Positions 31,382 through 42,733 of a stretch of DNA of 64,000 bases are shown piece after piece. This DNA comes from Mayamaea pseudoterrestris. Lineage: Eukaryota. Position 1 is the first letter of the stretch. Every line of letters begins with the position of its first letter. The DNA is taken from positions 62,001 through 126,000 of the forward strand of contig BROI01000012.1 in assembly GCA_027923505.1 (NCBI GenBank), given 5' to 3'. Under the pieces are notes generated by a model that was not told the DNA's origin, searched no databases, and saw only the letters and a program-made list of their open reading frames with translations. The position numbers were made by a program, and so were the translations under genes.

Positions 31382-32782
31382 ATGTTCAGTCTCGTGAATG
31401 GAGTCTACCAAGCCTACTTTGCGACGCCGCAGCTCAACATTTTGGTCGTCGGAGCCCAAGGATCCGGCAAGACAACCTTGATGGAGCGACTCAAAGTGAC
31501 GGAATTTGCCAGCAAGGCGCCCAAAGGATCCGGCGTACTGACGCAATATAGTAGTCCGTTGTCAGCAAAGGAAGCGAAGCAAGTCTTTTTCAGTGATGGA
31601 ACGATTGCAAAGGAACATGTCGTCATGCTGGAGCAGCAGCAGCAAGAAGCTCCTCAGTCACCGTTGCCGAATGCAATCATAAGTCAAGGCGTTCCTGACG
31701 CCGTCGTTTTGGAAACGCCGGATACCAAGCGACGACTCGCTGCCATGGCGACGAACCAGCGACGGCGGTTTCGATGGATTTGTCCGGCGCCGGAAAAGTA
31801 TCAGCATGCGCATGAGGACGATGACGACGATGCTAGCGACGACGAGAAGGACGATTCCATCCACGCACCAGGCAATGGCGACAAGCAAATTTTGGACATT
31901 CCATTGCCGCTGGATATGAATCAAGAATCATGTTCGTTGCTTTCGGCGCCCGAGCCGCTCGAGCAATTATACTTTGCCAGCAGTCCGCAGCAATCAACGA
32001 CGAGCAATCGAAAATTATTGTCGCCTGTACCGCCTCTTGATACGACGCAAGGATTTGTTCCACCGCCTGCAATCATTGCAACGCGATCCCCGTCCATGGA
32101 AGATGTTCAAGACGAAAGTCGTCGCTTGGAGTCCATGCGGAGTATCAACTTGTCGGATCGGTCCAGTGGCGAGTTTGCGTCAAACGGCGTCTCGCAACAG
32201 CAGCAGCAACAACAATTGGACTACAATTTGAAGAAAAATTGCAAAATGTTGCCCTTGAAAAAGATTCGGCCAACGATTGGAATGAATCTTTGTCGCGTCA
32301 ATAACATTTGCGGAGCCAGTTGTCACGTCATGGACGTGGGTGGTCGCATGCAGCAGCTTTGGGAGCGATACTACCATGACTGCGATGCTGTCATTTTTGT
32401 ATGGAAGCTGGACAACCAACATAGTGAAAAGCAATTTAAAAATGAAGAGGACGACAGTGATAGTGACGACGAGAGACCAGTGGTGACGGCCCAGCAGCAG
32501 TTGCAAATGCTGGAGCGAGTGCGAAGCTCGATTCCCGAGGATGTTCTGTTTATGGTGCTTGGTCAGATGCGAGCGCCGTCACGTGCAGCCTCTATCAAGA
32601 CGGATCGCATGTATTCCTCGTCTTGTCTATTACCCAATTACCATAATTTGTATCAGGCACTCTACTTTTGCAACGCGGCAACTGGTCAAGGCGTCAAGAC
32701 TGCACTGGAATGGCTTGTTCCACTGGCCAAGCGACAGCAGCTGACGCGGGTACGATCATCAGTCGATGGTGACAAATTTTAA
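31382..32782 (+). CDS. ARF-like small GTPase (ARFRP1-like) with a large low-complexity insertion
   Basis: MFSLVNGVY N-terminal helix; P-loop GAQGSGKTT; RPTIGMN; DVGGR; LWERYYHDCDAVIFV; CNAATGQGV. Confidence 0.85.
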   Translation: MFSLVNGVYQAYFATPQLNILVVGAQGSGKTTLMERLKVTEFASKAPKGSGVLTQYSSPLSAKEAKQVFFSDGTIAKEHVVMLEQQQQEAPQSPLPNAIISQGVPDAVVLETPDTKRRLAAMATNQRRRFRWICPAPEKYQHAHEDDDDDASDDEKDDSIHAPGNGDKQILDIPLPLDMNQESCSLLSAPEPLEQLYFASSPQQSTTSNRKLLSPVPPLDTTQGFVPPPAIIATRSPSMEDVQDESRRLESMRSINLSDRSSGEFASNGVSQQQQQQQLDYNLKKNCKMLPLKKIRPTIGMNLCRVNNICGASCHVMDVGGRMQQLWERYYHDCDAVIFVWKLDNQHSEKQFKNEEDDSDSDDERPVVTAQQQLQMLERVRSSIPEDVLFMVLGQMRAPSRAASIKTDRMYSSSCLLPNYHNLYQALYFCNAATGQGVKTALEWLVPLAKRQQLTRVRSSVDGDKF

Positions 32783-32841
32783 CTATATTGTTACCGTAAT
32801 CTTGAATATAAACGAATAGATGACGTCTGCAATCATTTATC

Positions 32842-33948
32842 TTATGCACGACGGAGCCTCTTCTTGAAGTTCTCCTCCGTTGCGTACATATGCGCGCGCA
32901 AGTACCCTGATCTCTTTTTCTCATCAGAGAGAGTAATCTCTAAGTCAATGACTTGATGGTGCTTTAAAGAAAGCAATGCCTGCGTCCTTGTCAAAAACTC
33001 AACTAGAAAGAGTGGACCTTGCCGACTCAATGATTTGAAATGTGTTGCTTCAATTTCCACAAATGCGGTTGTCAGGGCCGCCAGACATCGTTCCTGTAGA
33101 CTTGTAAGGCAGTCCATTCCATTATGATCATATATCATTGCTTCACATTCCAGCAACGCAAACGCAGACTTTGGGTCGATTTCGCAAAGAGTCTCTTCAC
33201 ACGTCAGCCTATTAAATTTTTCGCTATCCAAGGCGCCATTGTCAAGCAATCGAGGAATGATCTTTGCCGCTAATTGCGATCGTGCCAACAAATCTGAGCC
33301 TCCTCTGAGCACTTTTGCCCAAAAGTCGTCACTTTTACATTCTAGAATAGCGTACTCATTCTGTACAAGCAAGCTCATCTGCGATGTGCAGCAGTGCTGT
33401 ACGACGCGCATCACTGCCGATGTACTGAAAGCGCATGAATGAACATAGTACAGGTGGCAATTCGAAAGGCAAACGTCCTTCTTTATGAATTGCTTGGCCA
33501 GCCAGCGAAGCCGCGGAATGTCAAAGTATCGTCCGAGGAAATGCATGGGTGTGGCGTTTTCTGTTGTGAGCTCGACGCCGACATTTATATTGTAAATGTA
33601 GTCGAGCATGGCGGGGAAGGCGTTCGCAGCTAGCTCATGAAGTTCCACCCGACTGGTCTTGTTTTTGTTCTCCGCAAAATCGGCATTTGCACGGCAGAGT
33701 GCCTCAAAGTACCCGCTCTTACGCGTACCTACCGTCAAAAAGTATTGATGAACATGATATTCAGTCGTTCCTGGATGATCTTTGCCGATTGCGACGACTT
33801 GAATAGTCCAGTCCGAATAACTTTCGCCAGGAGACATACGCCAGTCAATGTTCTTCCAGCTAGCTTCAAAAGGCTCTGCATCAGAATCGTCATCTTCATC
33901 GTCTTTGCTTGTTGATTCGTCGTCGAAAGTCAATGCATTGGATGACAT
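32842..33948 (-). CDS. BTB/POZ domain protein
   Basis: SYSDWTIQV, YHVHQYFL, KSGYFEAL, AFPAMLDYIY, YFDIPRLR. Confidence 0.88.
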   Translation of the reverse strand: MSSNALTFDDESTSKDDEDDDSDAEPFEASWKNIDWRMSPGESYSDWTIQVVAIGKDHPGTTEYHVHQYFLTVGTRKSGYFEALCRANADFAENKNKTSRVELHELAANAFPAMLDYIYNINVGVELTTENATPMHFLGRYFDIPRLRWLAKQFIKKDVCLSNCHLYYVHSCAFSTSAVMRVVQHCCTSQMSLLVQNEYAILECKSDDFWAKVLRGGSDLLARSQLAAKIIPRLLDNGALDSEKFNRLTCEETLCEIDPKSAFALLECEAMIYDHNGMDCLTSLQERCLAALTTAFVEIEATHFKSLSRQGPLFLVEFLTRTQALLSLKHHQVIDLEITLSDEKKRSGYLRAHMYATEENFKKRLRRA

Positions 33949-34249
33949 TGTATCGCTAATGGTGGCAACCTATGATCGTCTCGCACAGACATTGATCGTA
34001 CCGCACCAAAAATTGTTCCACGTAAACGCTATCAACGCAAGCCTGAGCGATCGATCGTGGAACTCTCAATGATTCCACGCTCACCCAAAGCTGAGCGATG
34101 CAACCAGTCAAGTATCGTAAGTAGTCGGACAAGTCCGACTTTCAATGAAAAGGCCCAAATCATGAAGTATTAAGTTTGCGAGCTCTCCAATGCTTCCAGT
34201 AACAATAAAGCTCACTTTCGCTCCACACAGCGGAATGGCAACGCCGTCA

Positions 34250-34780
34250 ACTATTCAGAAGACTCAGACATACCTCTCAAACCAATACACACTTGCGTGC
34301 TCTGTAGAAGACTATATTTGGCAGCTGCAGTTAATCAAGCGTCCGTATGTACCTTTCCATTTCCATTCGAGATCAACATTGTGCTGCGTCCGTCGGACAT
34401 GGAATGACTTGACAAGAGCTGTTGATGAGCGCACACCAAGTCGGATCCTGTATCCCTTGTACACAAGGTTCAGTATGGCTGGAAAAGCATTGGTAGCTAT
34501 CTCGTGGAGATTCACTAACTGTAGACGACTCTTGCCCTTTTGCGAGTGGAAATCTGAAACTCAACGACACACAATCTTTGATATCCATCAGTCAAGGGAC
34601 AGCAATGACAATTTGAAACTGTAATGGTCCAATCCACGAAGCTTTCACTTTCACAAACATATATCCGCCAAAAACAATCGCATCGCATTGATCAACATTA
34701 ATTAGAGAAGCGGCTCTACATCCAAATCGCGATCACTGTCAAAATCTGGAATAGACGTGGATTGTGGATGACATCGTGTC
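34250..34780 (-). pseudogene. Decayed paralogue of the adjacent BTB gene
   Basis: Minus-strand fragments ESFVDWTITV and VNLHEIATNAFPAILNLVY align to ESYSDWTIQV and VELHELAANAFPAMLDYIY; interrupted by stops and frameshifts. Confidence 0.7.
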
Positions 34781-36419
34781 TCCCGCTTTGGTCATTGGCA
34801 AACTCAATTAGAATGTAAAAGAGGCGATATTAGGTCCAAATTGAAATCAATGTCAGGCTGGAAGGCTGGAGACAAGCTCGCATGACCGAACGATGAATGA
34901 AGATGAAGTGGTCGTCGTTGCAAAGTTCATTGTGGCGGGTACCGGTTGAAGTCGTACTGTGACGCGGGCGCGAAAGATCGCCGCTCAGCTTCAACCACCA
35001 CCAGATTTTTGTCGGCGCTGGCTCGATCGTGTCTTTCAGACTGCAACGACACATCATCCATCATACCAAGCTACTGCTTCCAGTCCCTTTACTATATGTT
35101 TCAATAAGCAAAGTAAACTCTGTCTCCAGTTACATTCAAGCGTGGCTCTTCGCCGCATTTGAAGTGCATCGCCGATTGCCAAGCACTCATTGTCGACGAG
35201 ACAGAGCGCCTACTACGATTCTAAGAGCACCGACCAACGTTTAGCTCGCTGAACATCAATATACATCAAGATACATCATGAAGATGCATCCACAACCCTT
35301 TACTTTCGCTTCGGAGCATGACGATGTCATCTCGTTGGAGAGTTTAGGAAAGGGCTGCTTTGATCCGACGGTCCGCTCACCCGTCCATTCACGAACCATG
35401 CGCCGAGAAAGCCAAGAAGCAGCAAGTTTGGCGAAGCTGGATCTTCCATGCATTTATGTGTTCAAGGCTGAAGTGCTGGATTGTTCGAGTGGCCGTAGTC
35501 ACGACTTTTCCCTGACGAAGGACGATTTCGAGACTTCGAAATGTCGTCGCGTAAACCATAAAAGTATGGTGGAGCACTGACCATATTGCTCATTTGACAA
35601 GTGCTTTATAAATTTTGCAGACTTTAAGTATGAATCTGCCGCAAGACGTACGCGGAAAGCAGTGTCATGCGTCGAATGATGAGACCTTGTTCTATTTTCG
35701 CTTCAAACTGGTACGCACGCGCACGCAATAGTTTTTTCAAGTTTCAGATCAATTGGTTTTAGCTGTGCAACAAAATGATTAAGCGAGCTGTTATAATAAT
35801 ATTTGGCACGGCAACGTCTTTAATCGTTCATAGAAGAAATCTACTTGCATCGCACATCGCACGCACCGACCCACCAACTTTCCACAACTCTGGAATACTC
35901 AACACCGAGTGCGCAGGAGTCTGATAACGACATAAGCGATATCGATCACATTTAAGGCTCCCAACAACGATAGTTTTGCTGCGTAAAAGGCGCTATAGTT
36001 GAGTGCAGCGTGAATTGCTTGTCTTGCACCATTGATCTTGACCATTTTTTGTCGTCGGTTCGCACGACTGATTGGGCGCGATCGGTCACAAGTACATAAG
36101 CCTCATTCGAGTCATTTACACACAAGTGATTGAAACGATAAACGTCAGCGATGGGCTTAAAAAGAAGTTTTCTTCGTCCATTCTTAAAGAACGCGTGATA
36201 CGATTGATGGCCACAAATGACCTGAAGCTGTGTGTGCAGTCATTGAAATAAAGCAATCAGATATCGACCGCGTACGCATGGAGTGACACGAGGACATTGG
36301 ACGCTCCGTCATCTCGAAGCCATCAAAGAAGTCATCAGCAACACGACAGTGCTTTTTGACCATCCTCCGATCGGTCGTCTCACAAGCTTTGTAAAAGCAC
36401 TTTGCTAGCTAGCTACGCC

Positions 36420-37399
36420 ATGCCGTCCAATCTTTCTCGTGCAATTGATCACGAACATGAAGGCGAAGAAGGCGCCATTGTGATTCGCACCACCGAAGCA
36501 AAACTCCGAGAAGCCGAGAGCAAGCTACTCGAGATTCAGAATTTCAACGAAGTCCCCAAATCATTGGGAATGATGTCGCTCGGAGCTTGCGTTTTTCAGT
36601 TCATTTCTGGATTCATCCTACTCATCATGACTGTGAGGAGCGAGGGCAACTGGAACTACTTCACCATGTATCCTTCGGCTGAACCTGGCGTGCCTGTGCC
36701 GTCACCTCGTGCCATTGGAAGCTTCAATATTCTTTGGCTGTCTCCCATTTCCATTTTGTTATCGGCACTGGATCATACCTGCAGTCTCGTCTTCCGTTCC
36801 ACATATGAATGGTACATTGCGCGGAACCAAAACCCCTTTCGATGGACCGAGTATGCGCTTTCAGCGTCCGTCATGCATTTGATGATTGCCCAGCTTGCTG
36901 GTATTACCGACGTTCACTTGCTTGTGACCATTTTTGTGTTGAAGGCCCTCGCCATGAACCTGGCCTCCTTGCACGAGGTGATTAACGCCAAGGCTCGGGC
37001 AGATGGATTGAAACAAAACTGGAGGTCCTTTTACCTTGCATGGGTGGCCCAATTGACTTGTTGGATCATTGTATTCAACTACTTTGGGGTTTCGGCCTCC
37101 CAAACTGAACAGCAAACCTTTCTCTGGGTCATTATGATCTTATGCTTCATCTTGGATAATTCGTTTGCCGTGTGCTTCTTTCTGCAGTGGACCAGGACAC
37201 CACCTTGCGATGGTAAGTTACACCTTTTGTTTATTTGTTTTCGGACTGCTGGTGATAGCTCGTAAAACTTGCTGATTCTATCTTTTTCCTCCTTGTAGAC
37301 TATGCGACGGGTGAAAAGATGTTCATCGTTTTGAGCTTTACCGCCAAGACGCTTTTGGCATGGGTTGCCTTTGGTGGGGTGGTTGCCACGACCAATTAG
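36420..37399 (+). CDS. Heliorhodopsin, copy 1 (exons 36420-37212, 37299-37399; 297 aa)
   Basis: LSALDH (TM2), NPFRWTEYALSASVM (TM3, counterion Glu), AQLAGITD. Splicing the phase-1 GTAAGT...TGTAG intron adds YATGEKMFIVLSFTAKTLLAW, containing the SxxAK retinal Lys. Confidence 0.92.
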
Positions 37400-38460
37400 A
37401 TAATACAAGCTCCAATTGTGCGCAAATTTTGGGTGCCCGTTAAAAATTTAGTGAACTTATCAAACTGAAAGTACCAGTAGTGAAATTGGCGAATGATTTT
37501 GGTTCGTGTGCGCCTCATCAACGATGAGGCAATGGACCATCTTGTCTCCACCCAATACCGGTACCAAATCCTGACTTGCCTTTCGACATGTCTATGAAGT
37601 AGTAAACAGATAGGAGTCCATGCCCTTTGGAGTGTGCCCATTTTTTAAACCTTCGTTTCTCGCTGCGCATCGGGACTCGGCGCTTAAAGGAGCAAGCCTT
37701 CGACTCGTCACCTTTGCATTACCGTTGCCTTGAGCTTGTCTATAACCTCTGAAAGAAGATGACGAGACAAAACAGTCGGCGCAGCGATATCAGACCGCTG
37801 GCATTCCGCTTCCATCGTACTTAGCACCTGCGTGCTGCGTGCGTACCCCGCGTGCTGCGTTGGACGTGGACGTCGACATTGACTACCGGTGAAGAGCTCC
37901 GCCACAACCCACATGTACATTTCTCATAGTGTCACTTCCGTGCACGCCATTATAAGATTGTGCTGGTGCGTAGCAACCTTTGTGCTCGCCCTCATCTTTC
38001 GATGCTCAAGAGTTAATGAGGAGTGACGAGCTGTCGGTGTCGAGGATCGATCGGCACGTGTGACGATTGCTTAAATCAAGTCTCTTGCCAACAAGAAAGG
38101 CAATACAAAGATGTCTCACAGAATCGGTTCGTCGCGAGGCATTTAGTTATTGCCATAATCGTCAAGACGTTTACGACTTATGCTGCGGCGCCACGAATCA
38201 ATTCTACGACTGAATGACGCAGGATACAATAGCCCATCTGGTCATTCGAAACAACATATGAGTCATTTTCGGACCTTTTTTCATCAACAGTCATCACGGC
38301 TGACACCAGCCATCAAAACCACGAGCAACGCTGGTTTTGATTTATGATACTCCTTCCATCAACCACATTCGTTGCCGTGCAATTCCCAGCGTCTTCTTCG
38401 CCCGCAACTCGTCAAAGTGCTATTGGTCTGCGCACTTCTCCGTCAATTCGATCACCTACG

Positions 38461-39422
38461 ATGCCACACAACGTCACGGAAGATTCCACCCGTGAGGGCG
38501 AAGAAGGCGCGATTGTCATCCGCACCACGGAAGCCAAGCTGCGGGAAGCCGAGTCGAGGTTGCTTGAGATCCAAAACTTCAACCATGTACCAAAGTCGTT
38601 AAGCATGATCACATTGGGTGCTTGCGTTTTTCAATACATTTCGGGCTTCATTCTTTTGATTGTCACGGTGCAAAGTGATGGGAGATGGTGGTACTACACA
38701 GAATATCCGAGCGCCGAAGGCGGCATTCCTGTCCCAAACTCGCGGCCGATCGGCAGCTTCAACATTTTGTGGTATGCGCCAATCTTCATCCTACTTTCAG
38801 CGTTAGATCATACTTGTTGTCTCATCTTTCGCCAAACCTACGATTGGTACATTGCTCGCAATCAGAATCCCTTCCGTTGGGCTGAGTACTCACTTTCTGC
38901 CTCGCTAATGCATGTCATGATTACGCAGCTCGCTGGAGTCACCGATGTGCATTTATTGGTCACTATCTTTGTGCTAAAGGCGCTTGTCATGCAGTTGGGA
39001 TCTTTGCACGAAGTGGTGAATGCCAAGGCTCGGGCGGATGGGTTGAAGCAGAATTGGAAGGCATACTACCTCTCATGGATTGCGCAAATTGTTTGTTGGG
39101 TAATCACTTTCAACTACTTTGGCGTTTCAGCTTCGCAAACTGACCAGGCATCCTTCCTTTGGGTCATTATGATCATTTGTTTCATCTTGGACAACTCATT
39201 TGCCGTGGTGTTTCATTTGCAGTGGACCAGGACGCCTCCATTTGACGGTAAGTGACAAGTGACGACTGTTTCGTCGCAATGCGGCATCTATCACTGCTCA
39301 CCTACAGTTCTTCTCGATCAGACTACGCAACCGGAGAAAAGACGTTTATCATCTTGAGCTTTACTGCCAAGACGCTGCTGGCGTGGGTTGCGTACGGAGG
39401 CATCGTTGCAACAACCAAATGA
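38461..39422 (+). CDS. Heliorhodopsin, copy 2 (exons 38461-39247, 39322-39422; 295 aa)
   Basis: NPFRWAEYSLSASLM; same intron position as copy 1; exon 2 YATGEKTFIILSFTAKTLLAW. Confidence 0.92.
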
Positions 39423-39538
39423 GCAAAACAATTTAACGCATGCTACAGTGATCAGTCATGAAGCTACTTTCAGCGCATAATCCGGTTCAATATACAAGCT
39501 AAAATTTTGAAGTAAGTTAATCTCATAATGTATAATGC

Positions 39539-40580
39539 CTACGCGCACTCGTACGCGGCGCGCGACCAATTCCAAGCGCAGCTTCCAGACCTGCATTCCG
39601 TGCCCACCGAGCACTGCGCGTTCTTTGCAAACCCCTTTGTCGGAACAGAAGATCCATTGGCTCCAAGAGCCTTCAAGACCGCAACGTACAAGTCGCTAAA
39701 GTGCGCGGCAATGTTCCAAGGATACTTGTTCACATGCGTATTGAGTCCAACATAGTCCACTCCGGTCATGTCTCCACTCGAAACCACAATCTCGTGTCCG
39801 TAAAACGTTCCAGATCCACCAATCATCGGAACTGGATCGTACTGCAGCCGAAACGGTCCAGGCATTGCGAGAATGAAGCGAAACCACTTCCTGGCACGTA
39901 CCCGACAGTTGCTGCCAAGCACGCTTGGTTGCCCAAACGTAATGACGTATGGCGAGTAGCCTTGTGATTCAAACATGACTCCAGCGGCGTTTGCAATCGC
40001 ACCTCCTTGACTGTGGCCAGTGATGAGGAGCTTGCAGTTGGGGCAACTCGACATGCAGCGCTTGACGTCATTTTCCAAATCGGTCCGAAACATGGCATTG
40101 TAGGCATTGTATATTCCCTCCGTGACGGTGCACTTTCCAAGCAGCGACACCTGATCCTGTTGCAAGTTTGTATCATAGTCTTGCTGCCAAGTGGGCAGCG
40201 AAACGTCCGTCGATGTTCCTCGGAAGGCCATGATGCAAGTGTCGCCGACGCGAGCTGCCACGGCAACGTCTGGCTCTGTAACGAAGAACGACAAGGCCGA
40301 TGAGAAGCACAACAAAAAGTAATCGTTCTTTAACTGCAATATCGTTTCACGTACCATTCACGTAGAGACCCGATCGGCTAGAACCGGCAACCGGATTCCG
40401 AGCGGCAAAGTCCTTGGCGGCAGTCGTACTGTATGTCACGGCGGACACTTGTGAAGCAAGAACCGTCATGTCCATCACCTTTCTCGTCAATTTCTTCAAT
40501 TGCGCATGAGAGCATTGCACTCCAAAGATGGCAATCAAGGCCAAAAGAAGCGAAGTTGATGCATGGAGGTGTCGTTGCAT
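39539..40580 (-). CDS. Secreted class 3 lipase (exons 40580-40355, 40275-39539)
   Basis: Signal peptide; AFRGT, ITGHSQGGAIA, TFGQP, YDPVP, H near the C-terminus. A phase-1 GTACGT...TTACAG intron at 40354-40276 joins the ORFs. Confidence 0.9.
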
Positions 40581-40920
40581 TTTGATCGAGCTTTCGTGTC
40601 TCGTGTCACCTTTGAAAAAATTGTTGGCTGTCGAGCCAGGACCAACAAATACTTAATAATGAATCATACACTTTTCCATGGACTGGTTCCGAACAAGAAG
40701 CACATGGGATGGTGCGGGGCCATGGCAGAGGCGGAAGAGTTCCGTCGAAATGCATGAATCGTATCGGGTTTGGAGTAAAAGCAGTGACCGACACCAGCGG
40801 AAGCCAGCCAGTCGTGCGAAATTGGACGTTCAAAGGCATGGCGCTGCCGAACGATCAGCTAACTTGCGAGACAAGACAAACAACCAATACATTCTACTAA
40901 AGCTACCGGTAGCTCTTATA

Positions 40921-41969
40921 CTATCGCGTTGGCTTGATAGGAAACAATGGTTTCATGGGCGGATCGTGCTCCTGCAAAAAGGACGAAAGAACACTTCCAT
41001 AGAGTGACTCCTGCTCAACCATTCCGTAATGCGAGCACCCAGCCAACGTCATGCATTGGCTCTTGCCGAAAGCATTTGCTAGCTGCTCGCATGTGTCGAC
41101 CGTAATGTAATGAAATCGTATTTTCCGCGAAGAACTAGTGCTGGAGGAAGCTTGTCGCTGAAAGTGTCATTGTCCAACAGTTCAATTGAGTAATCAGAGA
41201 CAGCCTTGAGCCCCGCCGTCGAACTACTTCTCGACGTATAGCCCGCCAGTTGAAAGGCTTGCTGCAGCGGCAGTGGGATGGGCTGCTTGCGACATTCGTG
41301 GCGCTGGTGAAAGACTTGAGAAACATCTTCCTGCTCAGCGTCAGGACCCAATTCCTCGCGAATACTGTTCATGAGTTCTTGACAATGCGCCTGTGAATCT
41401 TCAATCGACAATGGTACACTGGATAGAATGGTTCCGAGACAAGTTTTGCTGTTGCCTGATGAATCCTTTGCCATGAGTTGCTGCTTGAGATACTCGTAAA
41501 CGATCGCTCCTCCAAACGAGTGCCCAAACAAGTAGTAATCATCGCATTGAATCTCGGAAATCAGCGTCTGCAGCTCCAATACCATATTGTCAACAATTTG
41601 TTTCGTTTGTTTGGGATTTGCGTGTCGATTATTGGCCGATGATTGTCCACAGCCAATCGCATCATACAAAACAATTGCTCGGTCCGTCACCAAGTGCGCC
41701 AGTGGACTCAGATAGGTGCATGGTAGCAGCGGCCCACCCGCTACACATATCAATGGAGGCTTGTACTTTAAATGTCGAGGCCGAAATATGGTGCATTGCA
41801 GTGTCCCGTGTGGCAATGTAATGCTGCGAGACTCGCACAAGACGCCAGTCAAGCCGAGTGGTGGAAGCTGTCGAGAACTGGGAGGAGTTGCTGACGATGA
41901 GTCATTTAATCGACGATTCGGTGGACAGTCAGCGCTATCTCTCGCTGGATGGTAGTGGGAGGGAAGCAT
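40921..41969 (-). pseudogene. Alpha/beta hydrolase (proline iminopeptidase-like), frameshifted by a 5-bp duplication near the 3' end
   Basis: VAGGP, YDAIGCGQS, GHSFGG, LRGKYDF. The catalytic-His segment GCSHYGMVEQ is in another frame after GTAATGTAAT (41102-41111), with its stop at 40921-40923. Confidence 0.8.
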
Positions 41970-42074
41970 GCTATACGCACATTGAAACAAGAAACCTGTT
42001 GGATATTGGATCCGCCATGAGACGAGAGTTGATGAGCGATTTGCATGGGTTAACCTCGCGTGGTAGGGAAGCAG

Positions 42075-42441
42075 GGCAATAGTATGAAACGAGTGCCAGT
42101 GAAAACTGAGTCATGAGGCACTAACACGAAACGGCTGCCAGTGTCAATTACGTCATAAGGCAATAGTATGAAACAAGTGCCAGTGTCAATTACGTCATGA
42201 GGCTATAGTAAGAAAGGATTGCCAGTGTCAATTACGTCATGAGGCAATAGTGTGAAAGGAATGCCAGTTCACTTCGACAAAAGGCAATAGTACGAAACGA
42301 GTGCCAGTGAAAACTACGTCACAAGGCAATAGTATGAAACGAGTGCCAGTGAAACCTACGTCATGAGGCAATAACACGAAACGAGTGCCAGTGAAAACTG
42401 CGTCATTAGGCTATAGTATGAAACGAGTGCCAGTGAAAACT
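42075..42441. repeat. 42-bp minisatellite, ~9 units
   Basis: Unit GGCAATAGTA(T/C)GAAACGAGTGCCAGTG(AAAAC/TCAAT)T(A/G)CGTCATGA. Confidence 0.93.
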
Positions 42442-42733
42442 CATTAAAACCGCACCGACACTCATTCAGCGACCCGCCGAACGTTTCAACGGCAAGTCTG
42501 ATCACGACGACCATCCGCCGGCAGAAATCGACCATGGCGGCCAAGCCGCTTGTCGACTTGCGGGAAGTTTGCATCAAGCGCGAGCTAATATAACTGTTAA
42601 CAAGACTGCCTTGGCGAATATCCGTTGGAGTTTAGCGAGAGAATCACGCTGCTGAAGCCTCTCATTAGCCAGCAATCAACTACAGCATTTACGCAACTCA
42701 CGCCAGTAACAATTAACTGTAACAGCTGTAAGC

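Noticed and set aside
42075..42441. CRISPR-like appearance of the 42-bp arrays
   Set aside because: The intervening sequences are variants of one another rather than unique spacers; no cas genes; eukaryotic context.
42075..42441. Hammerhead ribozyme in the 42-bp unit (GAAAC present)
   Set aside because: No CTGANGA core or three-stem pairing found on either strand.
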